Shown piece by piece: positions 40,810 through 49,985 of a stretch of DNA of 64,000 nt. Origin of the DNA: a virus. Lineage: Duplodnaviria; Heunggongvirae; Uroviricota; Caudoviricetes. Under the pieces are notes generated by a model. That model worked only from the letters and a program-made list of their open reading frames with translations, ran no database searches and was not told where the DNA came from. Location: positions 30,613 to 94,612 of IMG/VR virus record IMGVR_UViG_3300036985_002287; one strand, written 5' to 3'. The stretch's first letter is position 1; every line of letters begins with the position of its first letter. A program made the translations under genes and the position numbers.

Positions 40810-41299
40810 TGTCTGAATTCTTTTGTTTGCGATTTTTTGTCAAGGCACTTCTCATCTCTAATTCTGTCTTAAATGGGCCTGCATATTCGTATGTTTCTAA
40901 GGTAGAAAATTTAGGACAAAATGCGGGCATCCAATTCTTAGGAAAATGCAAGCAATAATAACCTGCACTATAGTACACATTGCTAGTCGCTTTTTTACTA
41001 AAAAGAGGTAACTTATTGCCTTTTATTAATACCTCGGTAGGACTATCGAAATCTACTGGGTAGCCGTTTATGAAATAATTAGTTACACTTTCTTTCTCTG
41101 TCTTATCAACTACATTTTCAAACACATCTTCATTAAAGAATTTGTTAACTTCTTTTCTATCAACGAATTGTTGTTTTACTCCCTTAACCATTAATACATA
41201 TTGGTTACGGATTTCAGTTAATAATCCTACACGACTATCTTCTGTATCACTAATCACCAGCCAGCTGGTTTCCGTGATCGGTTTTAATTTTACGGACAT
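40793..41299 (-). CDS. hypothetical protein
   Basis: 168 aa ORF. Confidence 0.55.
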   Translation of the reverse strand: MSVKLKPITETSWLVISDTEDSRVGLLTEIRNQYVLMVKGVKQQFVDRKEVNKFFNEDVFENVVDKTEKESVTNYFINGYPVDFDSPTEVLIKGNKLPLFSKKATSNVYYSAGYYCLHFPKNWMPAFCPKFSTLETYEYAGPFKTELEMRSALTKNRKQKNSDNAGNK

Positions 41300-41310
41300 T
41301 CTTTTTCCTT

Positions 41311-42348
41311 TTAAGAAATGTATTTAGCACGAAGCATAGGCATAAAATCTACAGAGTTATCGCCTATCTTCTTTAATCCCCATCTACCACAAAATTTCAT
41401 GAAATGGTGTCCGATCTCAATTGCTGGAACTGCTTTTCTTCCAGTCTCCTCTGCAATGATTTGTAGACATTCTATCTTGATATCGTCCGGTATCTGTGTT
41501 AAGTCTATCAGCATACGATTAAATTCATAACGCTCTCTAACGATTTGTTCTTGTTGGTTATGGTCTACCCATTTCTGCAACATAAAATTATGCCAGCTAA
41601 ATCCTTTGGCTGTCTGATCGCCGAATGCTTCGCGGATACCCACACTCGACTTTGTGCCTTTTTCCCGAACACCGGGGTAGGCACTAAAAATATTGTCTGT
41701 CTTATCCCCGCGGACGCATTTTAAGAACAAAGCATATTCATACCACTTATCTTCACACACAAAGGTAGGATTTCGTTTTCCGGGCTTAATCTTAGCATCG
41801 GATGACAAGATGAATTCGAGTCTCTTCCCGTTATCGTCATAAACTCCATCTTGTTTTATCTGGATGTCCTTGACAGGATCATACAACATAACACCGGGGT
41901 ACCGTAATAACTGAAAGAAATCTGAGTCTGAGCTGATTACTATGTGTTTATCGTCTGGGTGTGCCTCGATAAACATAGCAATCATGTCATCTGCTTCTGC
42001 ATGTTTGTTCTGCAATACAGTTACATTAGTCTTGGTGTCTAAATACTCTACAAGATCATCGAATGCTTCTGTAAGAATGGCATGATCTTCTTGTTCTTTT
42101 TGTGTCAGCAATGCTCTGGCCGCTGTACGATTACCCTTGTAATCGGGGTAGACGTGTTTTCTCCACGAGTGACCTTCTATAAAGAATACAGTATGAGTAC
42201 CATTAAATTTATTGTACTCTTTTTTCATACTGCTAAGAATAAGGTGCAATGCCATCCCTATCATACTATCGATGCCCAATGCAGGATTGGTCATTTTAAT
42301 TTGGCGGTGAAATAGATTTGCGCCGTCTGTATGGATAAATGTGTGCAT
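41311..42348 (-). CDS. 5'-3' exonuclease / flap endonuclease (T4 RNase H / PolA-N family)
   Basis: DGANLFHR, HAEADDMIA, SSDSDFFQL acidic-cluster motifs; leaderless start. Confidence 0.75.
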   Translation of the reverse strand: MHTFIHTDGANLFHRQIKMTNPALGIDSMIGMALHLILSSMKKEYNKFNGTHTVFFIEGHSWRKHVYPDYKGNRTAARALLTQKEQEDHAILTEAFDDLVEYLDTKTNVTVLQNKHAEADDMIAMFIEAHPDDKHIVISSDSDFFQLLRYPGVMLYDPVKDIQIKQDGVYDDNGKRLEFILSSDAKIKPGKRNPTFVCEDKWYEYALFLKCVRGDKTDNIFSAYPGVREKGTKSSVGIREAFGDQTAKGFSWHNFMLQKWVDHNQQEQIVRERYEFNRMLIDLTQIPDDIKIECLQIIAEETGRKAVPAIEIGHHFMKFCGRWGLKKIGDNSVDFMPMLRAKYIS

Positions 42349-42353
42349 GTCTG

Positions 42354-42382
42354 ATTATACTATATTTAAGGGTGACTGTCTA
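42354..42382 (-). promoter_or_regulatory. promoter TAGACA-N17-TATAAT, 5 nt from ATG
   Basis: tgtcta 42377-42382; attata 42354-42359; ATG 42348. Confidence 0.55.
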
Positions 42383-42399
42383 CTGGCTAGATTGTAAAC

Positions 42400-42672
42400 T
42401 TACAACGAGTCGCTTACACTAGGTCGACGCTTAACAACATTGACCTGTTCAAGAAGCGCCTGGTATTCTGCTGGGTGTGAACGCCAATATACTACGCAGG
42501 ATTTCTGGGGGCGTTCGACGTAATGATTGAATAGGATTTCTTGGCGTTTCGGATGGATTTCATGCTGAAGGCACCCGGGGACTGGATAATATTTCCAGCA
42601 GAGTTTCTGATGTTTTGTCATTTTCTCGCCACCTAATCTGGCCTTCATAGCATAGTAGGTCCTTAAGTGCAT
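42400..42672 (-). CDS. hypothetical protein
   Basis: 90 aa ORF. Confidence 0.5.
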   Translation of the reverse strand: MHLRTYYAMKARLGGEKMTKHQKLCWKYYPVPGCLQHEIHPKRQEILFNHYVERPQKSCVVYWRSHPAEYQALLEQVNVVKRRPSVSDSL

Positions 42673-43322
42673 TATTTGTATCCACGTCTACCTTCACCAA
42701 ACGCCTTAGGGGTCGAATTATCGTTTGCATTCCAGCGTCTCATTGCTTCCATGTTGGCATCCGAATCTGCAGTGAAATCACCCGTACCATCGAATTCTTC
42801 TAACGCTACATTTCTGCATACTTCCATAAACCACTGATTAACAATGCTATCTGGAGTCAGCCCTTCATAACCTTCTTTCTTAAGATTCTCTACAAACAAC
42901 TCATTCCAATCTAATTCGAAGCTACCTTCTAATGATTTCTTTCCACCAAAGTCCATGCTTAATACAGTTACCCATGGCTCACCTTTTAATGTAGCAGTTT
43001 GTTTGCCGTGTTCGAGTTCGGTAATCTTTCCTTGTTCCTTTTTAAGGTTCAACAATGCTTGTTTTCTTTCACCGTCGTCTTTAATGAGTGTTAGAAGTAA
43101 GTGATCATATTCGTCCTTGTCTATTACACCTCTTCTTAATTCCAGATCATTAAATCGTTTAAAATAAGTATCCTCGTCGAGCTCGTCTTTGGATAACTCG
43201 AGTAATTTCCGCTCTAATTCGAACCCTGATAATTCATACTCAGCTCTGGCTCGCTCTCTTGTTTTTCCGGCCATCCCCCATGTAAATGGCAATAATGAAA
43301 AGGGTATTAATTTTTTTGACAT
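42672..43322 (-). CDS. hypothetical protein
   Basis: 216 aa ORF downstream of palindrome-rich control region. Confidence 0.55.
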   Translation of the reverse strand: MSKKLIPFSLLPFTWGMAGKTRERARAEYELSGFELERKLLELSKDELDEDTYFKRFNDLELRRGVIDKDEYDHLLLTLIKDDGERKQALLNLKKEQGKITELEHGKQTATLKGEPWVTVLSMDFGGKKSLEGSFELDWNELFVENLKKEGYEGLTPDSIVNQWFMEVCRNVALEEFDGTGDFTADSDANMEAMRRWNANDNSTPKAFGEGRRGYK

Positions 43323-43341
43323 CGTTATTCCTGTGTATAGG

Positions 43342-43365
43342 TAGAAAATTTACGTAAATTTTCTA
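43342..43365. promoter_or_regulatory. 24-nt perfect palindrome (operator-like)
   Basis: TAGAAAATTTACGTAAATTTTCTA equals its own reverse complement. Confidence 0.7.
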
Positions 43366-43368
43366 GGT

Positions 43369-43384
43369 TCAGATTTTAATCTGA
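43369..43384. promoter_or_regulatory. 7-2-7 inverted repeat
   Basis: TCAGATT-TT-AATCTGA. Confidence 0.6.
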
Positions 43385-43390
43385 GAATGA

Positions 43391-43425
43391 TATTTTAAAA
43401 TCCAAATCTGAAATGTAAATCTGAC
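43391..43425. promoter_or_regulatory. 35-nt conserved intergenic element, copy B
   Basis: tattttaaaatccaaatctgaaatgtaaatctgac; 31/35 identical to 16998-17032; carries AATCTGA repeats. Confidence 0.6.
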
Positions 43426-43437
43426 TTTGATATTCCA

Positions 43438-44340
43438 TTATGCCATGCTTACATATAAATGCTGTTGTAGGTTCAGCTTGAATCCATGATCAAGACAGTA
43501 TTTACCTGTGTATTCGTGATTACGTTGATTTTCTACTAAGTTTAATAATCCAGGTTCCCAGAAAGAAATTACCTCATCTACTGTAGATCGTTCTGCCATT
43601 GTGATCTCACCTTTCTCTGCTCGAAGTAATTTAATCTTCTGCGGAAAGTCATTATATACATTCATAGGGGAACAATAGATTTCTTTCTCCGGATTAAGTC
43701 TTTTCCATTCGTGTGCCCATTCCGGGACTGTGCTATATGGACTTACCGGGTCCGCACTCATTACAAACTTAAGGCAGTCGGCCCGCTTAAGAATCATATC
43801 AGTCGGTGCTAAATACTTTGTTGCTACACCGTTCTTTTCCGAACACTTGGGAGAACATACAACAGTGACGTGACTGGCTATATATGGATTGCTTATTGTG
43901 CCATTAGTTTCGATTTGAATTGCCTTAAATACCGGTTCAACACTATCCATAAAACCTAATAAATTAGATTGCAACATCGGCTCGCCACCCGTGATAACTA
44001 AGACAATGTTCGGCCAATGGAAGCTTGGCTGTGGCCGAGGGAAACGAGTCATTGCCCACTCCGGCGGCACTTCTGGCGGTGTCCGTGTAGCCCAATAATT
44101 ACGAATAGTATCAAATGCCTTATGCTGAATTTCATCATATGTCATCCATGTACCGTCATCAAAGAAAGTATCGCAGAAAGAACATGCTAGGTTACACTTT
44201 GCTAATCTGATGAATAGTGCAGGTAGACCAGCATAGGGTCCTTCTCCTTGCAACGTAAAGAACATACTTGTAACATACAAGCTGCCTTTAGGTGCTTTAT
44301 CAAAAAATTTCTTGCCAATTATTGTATTAGTTCCGAACAT
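43438..44340 (-). CDS. queE: 7-carboxy-7-deazaguanine synthase (QueE-like radical SAM)
   Basis: LQGEGPYAGLPALFIRLAKCNLACSFCDT is the QueE N-terminal signature. Confidence 0.7.
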   Translation of the reverse strand: MFGTNTIIGKKFFDKAPKGSLYVTSMFFTLQGEGPYAGLPALFIRLAKCNLACSFCDTFFDDGTWMTYDEIQHKAFDTIRNYWATRTPPEVPPEWAMTRFPRPQPSFHWPNIVLVITGGEPMLQSNLLGFMDSVEPVFKAIQIETNGTISNPYIASHVTVVCSPKCSEKNGVATKYLAPTDMILKRADCLKFVMSADPVSPYSTVPEWAHEWKRLNPEKEIYCSPMNVYNDFPQKIKLLRAEKGEITMAERSTVDEVISFWEPGLLNLVENQRNHEYTGKYCLDHGFKLNLQQHLYVSMA

Positions 44341-44516
44341 TATTCTTTATCCTCGAATTTAACAAGTTTAACTCTGACGCCTTCAAATTCATTATCGAAC
44401 GCAACAGTGACAACTTCCAAAACTTCTTCACAGCCTGTTACGCCACGATCATTTATGTCATTCCAGAACTCATCATCGCCTTCTTCTATAACAAATTCGA
44501 ATATGTATCTTTTCAT
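44340..44516 (-). CDS. 58-aa acidic protein
   Basis: MKRYIFEFVIEEGDDEFWNDINDRG...; AAGGA SD, own promoter, TAATG junction with queE; below track cutoff. Confidence 0.5.
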   Translation of the reverse strand: MKRYIFEFVIEEGDDEFWNDINDRGVTGCEEVLEVVTVAFDNEFEGVRVKLVKFEDKE

Positions 44517-44534
44517 ATATAGTCCTTATCTGTT

Positions 44535-44563
44535 ATTATAGCGATTTTCGATATGTAAGTCAA
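44535..44563 (-). promoter_or_regulatory. promoter TTGACT-N17-TATAAT
   Basis: agtcaa 44558-44563; attata 44535-44540. Confidence 0.65.
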
Positions 44564-44576
44564 GTCACCTATCGAA

Positions 44577-44900
44577 TTATACACCAGATGAGTCGCCCCA
44601 TGTATGCATATATTTAGATAGTCTTATCATCTTATTAACACGGGCTTTTTCTATACCAGAAGCGGTAACACCGAGATTCGCGTTAGTAACCATATCTACC
44701 AACGCCAATACATCTCCTAATTCCATTTCTAAATTTTCAAGATTAGTTGTTGTAGAAGCAGGGTTCTTACCCACTACACCAAATCGTTTAATTTTAGATG
44801 CTGCCTGAATTACTTCGGCACATTCTTCCTGAAGAATATTAAGACATTCTTCCTGATGATCATTTACTTGTTTCAAATTTTTTCTCCCAATTCCATGCAT
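44577..44900 (-). CDS. MazG-like nucleotide pyrophosphohydrolase
   Basis: CLNILQEECAEVIQAASKIKRFG...ELGDVLALV: EExxE/D helices of the small all-alpha MazG family. Confidence 0.6.
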   Translation of the reverse strand: MHGIGRKNLKQVNDHQEECLNILQEECAEVIQAASKIKRFGVVGKNPASTTTNLENLEMELGDVLALVDMVTNANLGVTASGIEKARVNKMIRLSKYMHTWGDSSGV

Positions 44901-45828
44901 GTGATATAATATCTTTTATATTATATTGAGGTTCCCAATGTAATATATTCTTAGCCTTATCTATACATGCCGTCAATATTGCAGGATCTCCTTTGCGAGG
45001 TGCAACATATTCATATATAGGCTCTTTACCAACTACTTCACCTGCATATTTAACTAGCTCTGTTAAACTTATGCCACCGGTACCACCACCTAAGTTAAAT
45101 ATTTCATTACTGAAACCGGCATTAAGGAATTCTATCGCCTGTACGTGACCTTCTGCTAAGTCAGACACATGAATATAGTCCCTAACACAAGTTCCGTCTT
45201 TTGTAGCATAGTTGTTACCGAATATTTGAAATACTTCATTATTCATTATTTTATTACATATAATAGGAATAACATGAGTAGCAGGGCGCTGTGTATATCC
45301 GAATCGACATTCTGGATCAGCACCTGCGGCATTAAAATATCTAAATGTGATATACTTGATACCATATGCTCTTGCATAATCCCTGATCATTAATTCTCCT
45401 GCTGTCTTTGACGATGCATAGGAATTTTCTGGATCATAATACATATCTTCTTTTAGATATAGAGCTCTGCCTTGCCTACCATATAAATTTCCGGTAGAAC
45501 TAAAGACGATATTTTTTATGCCTATAGCGACCATATGATCGAGCATAACCTGCATTTTTACCACATTATTCGTGTAATATTTAGCCGGCTCTGACAGGCT
45601 TTGCGGCACAATATGCTCCGCTGCCAGATGCACTATTGTATCAAATTTAGTTGTATTTGTTTTAATGAAGTCACAATAATCTGATTCAATAACTTCGCCT
45701 GGACCATTCCAGTTCTGTGTATTCTTATCCACAATAGTAATTTTGTGACCTTCTTCGTGTAATTTATATACTACTTGCGTACCTATAAATCCACAGCCTC
45801 CGGTAACTAGAATATTATGTCTTCTCAT
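44860..45828 (-). CDS. NAD-dependent sugar-nucleotide epimerase/dehydratase (GalE-like SDR)
   Basis: VTGGCGFIGTQV Rossmann, YASSKTAGE (YxxxK). Confidence 0.8.
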   Translation of the reverse strand: MRRHNILVTGGCGFIGTQVVYKLHEEGHKITIVDKNTQNWNGPGEVIESDYCDFIKTNTTKFDTIVHLAAEHIVPQSLSEPAKYYTNNVVKMQVMLDHMVAIGIKNIVFSSTGNLYGRQGRALYLKEDMYYDPENSYASSKTAGELMIRDYARAYGIKYITFRYFNAAGADPECRFGYTQRPATHVIPIICNKIMNNEVFQIFGNNYATKDGTCVRDYIHVSDLAEGHVQAIEFLNAGFSNEIFNLGGGTGGISLTELVKYAGEVVGKEPIYEYVAPRKGDPAILTACIDKAKNILHWEPQYNIKDIISHAWNWEKKFETSK

Positions 45829-46202
45829 TAGTTGGGAAAATATTCTAATATTCCACCATTAATATTATCTTCGTAAATCTCTACCTTAATGTATCTACCT
45901 TCATACCTGTATCGAATTTTATCGATAAGCTGTTCTGCTAACATCTCACAGCTCATATAGTCCATTTTTAGTTCTTCCACATATAAGGATTCCAGCCATC
46001 GTCTAAACTGAATGAATTCTATATCACGATTGTTCTGGAATACTTCCACAGTTACAACAAAGTAAAAATAGTGGAAGTGTTCGTGTCCTAAGAAAGATAC
46101 ATCATCCCACTTACCCGTCTTTAAGGTAGGATCTGTTAATGCTTCCGGATACCTATGTGTACCTTCTTTAGTAAATTTTACGTTTATATATCGCTTAATC
46201 AT
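45828..46202 (-). CDS. queD: 6-carboxytetrahydropterin synthase (QueD / PTPS-like)
   Basis: FTKEGTHRYP...LGHEHFHYFYFVVTVE...SCEMLAEQL aligns by eye with E. coli QueD FEAAHRLP...LHGHSFMVRLEI...TSEVLAKW. Confidence 0.65.
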   Translation of the reverse strand: MIKRYINVKFTKEGTHRYPEALTDPTLKTGKWDDVSFLGHEHFHYFYFVVTVEVFQNNRDIEFIQFRRWLESLYVEELKMDYMSCEMLAEQLIDKIRYRYEGRYIKVEIYEDNINGGILEYFPN

Positions 46203-46357
46203 ACAATCTCTTCGATAATACCTAATATCTCTGCAACTACAATCATTGTACCTGCAAAAAACAGATTTCCTGCAGCAAGACTACATCCTGCCACAATGCG
46301 TAATGCGCTCTTAACGAAACTAATTCGTTGATGTAATTTAGGATCTGGCTGTCTCAT
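46199..46357 (-). CDS. 52-aa hydrophobic peptide
   Basis: MRQPDPKLHQRISFVKSALRIVAGCSLAAGNLFFAGTMIVVAEILGIIEEIV; ATGA overlaps on both sides; below track cutoff. Confidence 0.45.
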   Translation of the reverse strand: MRQPDPKLHQRISFVKSALRIVAGCSLAAGNLFFAGTMIVVAEILGIIEEIV

Positions 46358-47142
46358 TTCTTAGCCTTTACTGTTTTCGGTTCTTTCGCAGATAGCGGGT
46401 CTTTCGTAGTACCAGCCGTATATGCTTCAACTGCATCATTAGTAGTCTGAATAGTACTCGTTTTGATGGTCTGGATTTGCGTTTCTTCATCTTCCGGTTT
46501 CAGTTGTGATTTAGCGTCTGGATCAAGTCCTAACTCTGCTTGATTCTTTACATCGCTCAATGGCTTATTTAGCGCCTGTTTGGGCTGCTCTGTTGTAATA
46601 ATAACATCATCTACATATTCACTCCAACTTGTGAAGCGATTGCTATCCGTTACTTCATGATGATTCATACACCATACACCGGGATTTGTTGCACCAAAAT
46701 TAATATCATCAATCTTAATTGTTAAATTAATGTTGGATGTATTTACGTGTGGAATTGCAACACTGAGCACCGGTACAAAGTTTCTGGATTGCCATACATC
46801 CTGATTCAAAATATTAAGTACCATAGCATGTTTATGTGCTGGATAATCTAAAGATACCATAAATCCTGCATTAAGCAAGAACAAGATTTGTTTATCCCAA
46901 TCAGAAGCCAGTGTGTTACCGACCATATACTTTCCGTTTACCATGTCGACAGAATCAAAAGATCTGTTAGCACTCAAGAAGATGTGCTTGACTCCATACT
47001 TTTTAGCATGATCCAAGATAGTTTGTGTATCTTGTAGTCCTACCACAAATAATGTCTTCTTGTTAAATGCAGGTGTCTGCTCAATTTCGGGGCCTACAAA
47101 AAATGTTACGCCTTCATGACCTTTTCTTACAAATTCGCTCAT
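46354..47142 (-). CDS. hypothetical protein in modification cluster
   Basis: 262 aa; no motif recognised; Pro/Lys-rich C-terminal tail. Confidence 0.55.
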   Translation of the reverse strand: MSEFVRKGHEGVTFFVGPEIEQTPAFNKKTLFVVGLQDTQTILDHAKKYGVKHIFLSANRSFDSVDMVNGKYMVGNTLASDWDKQILFLLNAGFMVSLDYPAHKHAMVLNILNQDVWQSRNFVPVLSVAIPHVNTSNINLTIKIDDINFGATNPGVWCMNHHEVTDSNRFTSWSEYVDDVIITTEQPKQALNKPLSDVKNQAELGLDPDAKSQLKPEDEETQIQTIKTSTIQTTNDAVEAYTAGTTKDPLSAKEPKTVKAKK

Positions 47143-47143
47143 A

Positions 47144-48232
47144 TTATTTCCTTAATAATTGGTTTATTAAACCGTATGCTGTGAAGTATTCCTTCAGTAA
47201 ATGCGGGGCCAACCTGCCCTTAGTATCCTTACTAATAATATCATATTGACCCATAGTATTCTTTATCAAAGTTATAATATCGGTCTTATGTTTATAATAG
47301 TTTTCCATGCTACTTGTCCACTCATCTGGATATAAGTATCTTACGTCATACATCTCACTATAACTCAATCTATCAGGTAATAAAGGTATGACACCTAGTA
47401 ATGCACCTTCGAACGGACTTATACCTAATGTTTCTTGTAAATTAGCCGACCACATAATCTTCGACTTAGCTAATAATTTATGATATTCTTGCTTTGTTAG
47501 CTTATTATCCTGGCACACAACAAATTTATACTCGGGTAGTGATTCTGCCAGATCTCTAAATATCTCTACCTGCTTTTCGGGTGCAAGACGATGCGGGAAA
47601 ATAATGATATCTTCTTTTTCGCTAGTATCATATTCCTTAAACAGGTCGGGCATATATTCCATAGGCCATCCGGTGCCTATAATTTTCTTCGACTGAATAT
47701 CATCCAGCATATTGGTACCTAACAGATTCAACATAAACATCTCTATGTGAAAATCCGTAGCAAAATAATTATGATCGAATGAATGGTAGAAGCTACGCTC
47801 TGCATTTCTTACCCACGCAGCAGGTCCTATCAATCTGCCCAGGAAATCGTATGCATCATAACTTCCTGCATGCCACATTCCGTGCAGTGTCCAATTATGC
47901 CCCAACAAGTCATTCATATATCTTAGTTGAACAACAGTGGGATTCCACGCATCTGTAAATAAAAAATGATCGTCGGGTGTTACCTTACCGCTATTATAGA
48001 ATTCTATCCAGTTACACAACTGCGAACTTTTCCAATAATTAGTATCCGAGAAGTTTAAGAACGCACCCGGAGTGACTTGTGTATTTTTTTGAATTCCATC
48101 CACTTGAACAATGTTGAATTTATGTCCGCATTGTTTTTCTAACATAGCAGGAACACGACTGTGCCATTGTCCCGTATATCGCGTCTCTATGGGCTCTATA
48201 CTAAAAATCCAGATTGTCGGTTTTACTTCCAT
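47144..48232 (-). CDS. GT-B-type glycosyltransferase
   Basis: C-terminal QETLGISPFEGALLGVIPLL (E-x7-E-like) and overall two-Rossmann layout. Confidence 0.55.
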   Translation of the reverse strand: MEVKPTIWIFSIEPIETRYTGQWHSRVPAMLEKQCGHKFNIVQVDGIQKNTQVTPGAFLNFSDTNYWKSSQLCNWIEFYNSGKVTPDDHFLFTDAWNPTVVQLRYMNDLLGHNWTLHGMWHAGSYDAYDFLGRLIGPAAWVRNAERSFYHSFDHNYFATDFHIEMFMLNLLGTNMLDDIQSKKIIGTGWPMEYMPDLFKEYDTSEKEDIIIFPHRLAPEKQVEIFRDLAESLPEYKFVVCQDNKLTKQEYHKLLAKSKIMWSANLQETLGISPFEGALLGVIPLLPDRLSYSEMYDVRYLYPDEWTSSMENYYKHKTDIITLIKNTMGQYDIISKDTKGRLAPHLLKEYFTAYGLINQLLRK

Positions 48233-49125
48233 TCAATATATCCTCTAGAATAATTTTGCGGCCTATTAAGCCCCTCATCAAATGCTAGTTTAACTTCTGT
48301 CTCCCTATCATATGACTTTGTCCATAACCCGCTTACATCCAAATCGCCATATCTTAGCAGTTCTTCTGCTAATACCATTGCACTGTAGAATGATTCGTTT
48401 CTCGGACTTGGAAACTTCACATCCACTGCGTTCCAGAGGAACTGTGAGAACGATGTTACTGCTGGCGGATGCTTTTCTGCAGCAAGTACAATTGTAGCAC
48501 GTTCCTTATAAACATTCAAGTTTAGATACTCTGGTTTATCAGATAAGTCTATGATATATTCGAAGCCTTTATTCTGGACATCTTTTAATTGTTTTACTTC
48601 TGCATTATTCTGTTTTGACCAGAAATCTTTGTTGGCTTCGCCGACTACAACTACTTTATTTTCCCAATATCTATCGAGTATTGTATAAACAACTGTTGCT
48701 AAAAATCCTGTACCTAACAATAAAATATCTGCATTTGTAGTCGGCACTATACTCTTTGCAATGTTAATGCCGCAAGCGATAGGTTCTAAAATAAATCTAG
48801 GATTACAATCAGGCACCTTAACAAACATCTTATCCGGGCAGTTATAATAATCAGCAAATGCTGGTTCTCCGCGAGTACCAACATAGTCGCCTTCCTTAAC
48901 AGTTGATATATCTTTACCTACCTTAGTAACTACACCCAGACTTTCGTGTCCTTGTATAGTCTTGGGTAGCATCTGAAATGTACCACAATACATATCGATG
49001 TCAGAACGACAAACACCTGTATAGATAGACTTTACTTCGATCTCATTTGATTTGGGTTCAGGTTTATTCCATTCTTCCTCTATGATGTCTTTGTTGCCTG
49101 TAGTATAGAAAAGTCTTGTCTTCAT
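48223..49125 (-). CDS. zinc-dependent medium-chain dehydrogenase/reductase
   Basis: GVCRSDIDMY (catalytic Cys) and GHESLG motifs. Confidence 0.7.
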   Translation of the reverse strand: MKTRLFYTTGNKDIIEEEWNKPEPKSNEIEVKSIYTGVCRSDIDMYCGTFQMLPKTIQGHESLGVVTKVGKDISTVKEGDYVGTRGEPAFADYYNCPDKMFVKVPDCNPRFILEPIACGINIAKSIVPTTNADILLLGTGFLATVVYTILDRYWENKVVVVGEANKDFWSKQNNAEVKQLKDVQNKGFEYIIDLSDKPEYLNLNVYKERATIVLAAEKHPPAVTSFSQFLWNAVDVKFPSPRNESFYSAMVLAEELLRYGDLDVSGLWTKSYDRETEVKLAFDEGLNRPQNYSRGYIEWK

Positions 49126-49985
49126 TAAAATCTCTCCAAAAATCTATGAATTTCTAAATCCAATGAATAGCTATCGGATGTATTTGTTAACATTTTACCG
49201 TATGCTTCTGCGGGACATAATCCAAACACCCATTCATATGTTGTGCCGTCTTTAAAATACAAAGTGATAGATTGTTTATCATACCCTTCTTTCCATGCGG
49301 CATATAATTTTACAGAAATTCCGTCTATTGTTGCAATTGCAAATGCTGTATCATCTACGTCATATACACCGTTAGGATAAACTGTTCCATAATCTGTAGA
49401 AGAGATTGACGAGAGATCCCATCTCTGATAACTAGATTGTTTAAATACCGATTTCTTTACAGTATCTTCACCAAATAATTTTACAGCAAAACAATACAGG
49501 TGTGGCATTAAATCTCGGGAGATACCTCCAAAGGAAGAATCCTTATCTGTAAACCAACTACCGGGATTAGGAATACGATTATCATTTATCCAATTAATGT
49601 CGACGCCTATTACTTTTTTGCTTCGCATTAATTCCAATACATCGCCATAACTATCTCTGTACAAGTTATTTTTTACTAAATGGAATGTTGTGTTGGTATA
49701 CTTATATTTAAGTCGACTCCATGCCCATGAATCTACAAGGCCCGGCTTCTCTACGAAGATTTGTTTTGTACCTGTCTCTGCCAATCTTTCTGCGATAGGT
49801 CCGTGCGTAAAATTGGGTGTACAAATTACTGCTATATCGTATGCTTTGTTGATTTCCGATGCATCTTTATATATCGCATTATCTGTTCTTGCATCTAATA
49901 CATCTATATCATAACCTAACTTTTGTAATTCGGGCCAATAGACGTTAGCGCCTATTCCACCGAACCCTGCCAATAATGCCTTCAT
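49125..49985 (-). CDS. Gfo/Idh/MocA-family oxidoreductase
   Basis: N-terminal MKALLAGFGGIGANVY Rossmann, ICTPNFTH, FVEKP. Confidence 0.6.
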   Translation of the reverse strand: MKALLAGFGGIGANVYWPELQKLGYDIDVLDARTDNAIYKDASEINKAYDIAVICTPNFTHGPIAERLAETGTKQIFVEKPGLVDSWAWSRLKYKYTNTTFHLVKNNLYRDSYGDVLELMRSKKVIGVDINWINDNRIPNPGSWFTDKDSSFGGISRDLMPHLYCFAVKLFGEDTVKKSVFKQSSYQRWDLSSISSTDYGTVYPNGVYDVDDTAFAIATIDGISVKLYAAWKEGYDKQSITLYFKDGTTYEWVFGLCPAEAYGKMLTNTSDSYSLDLEIHRFLERF

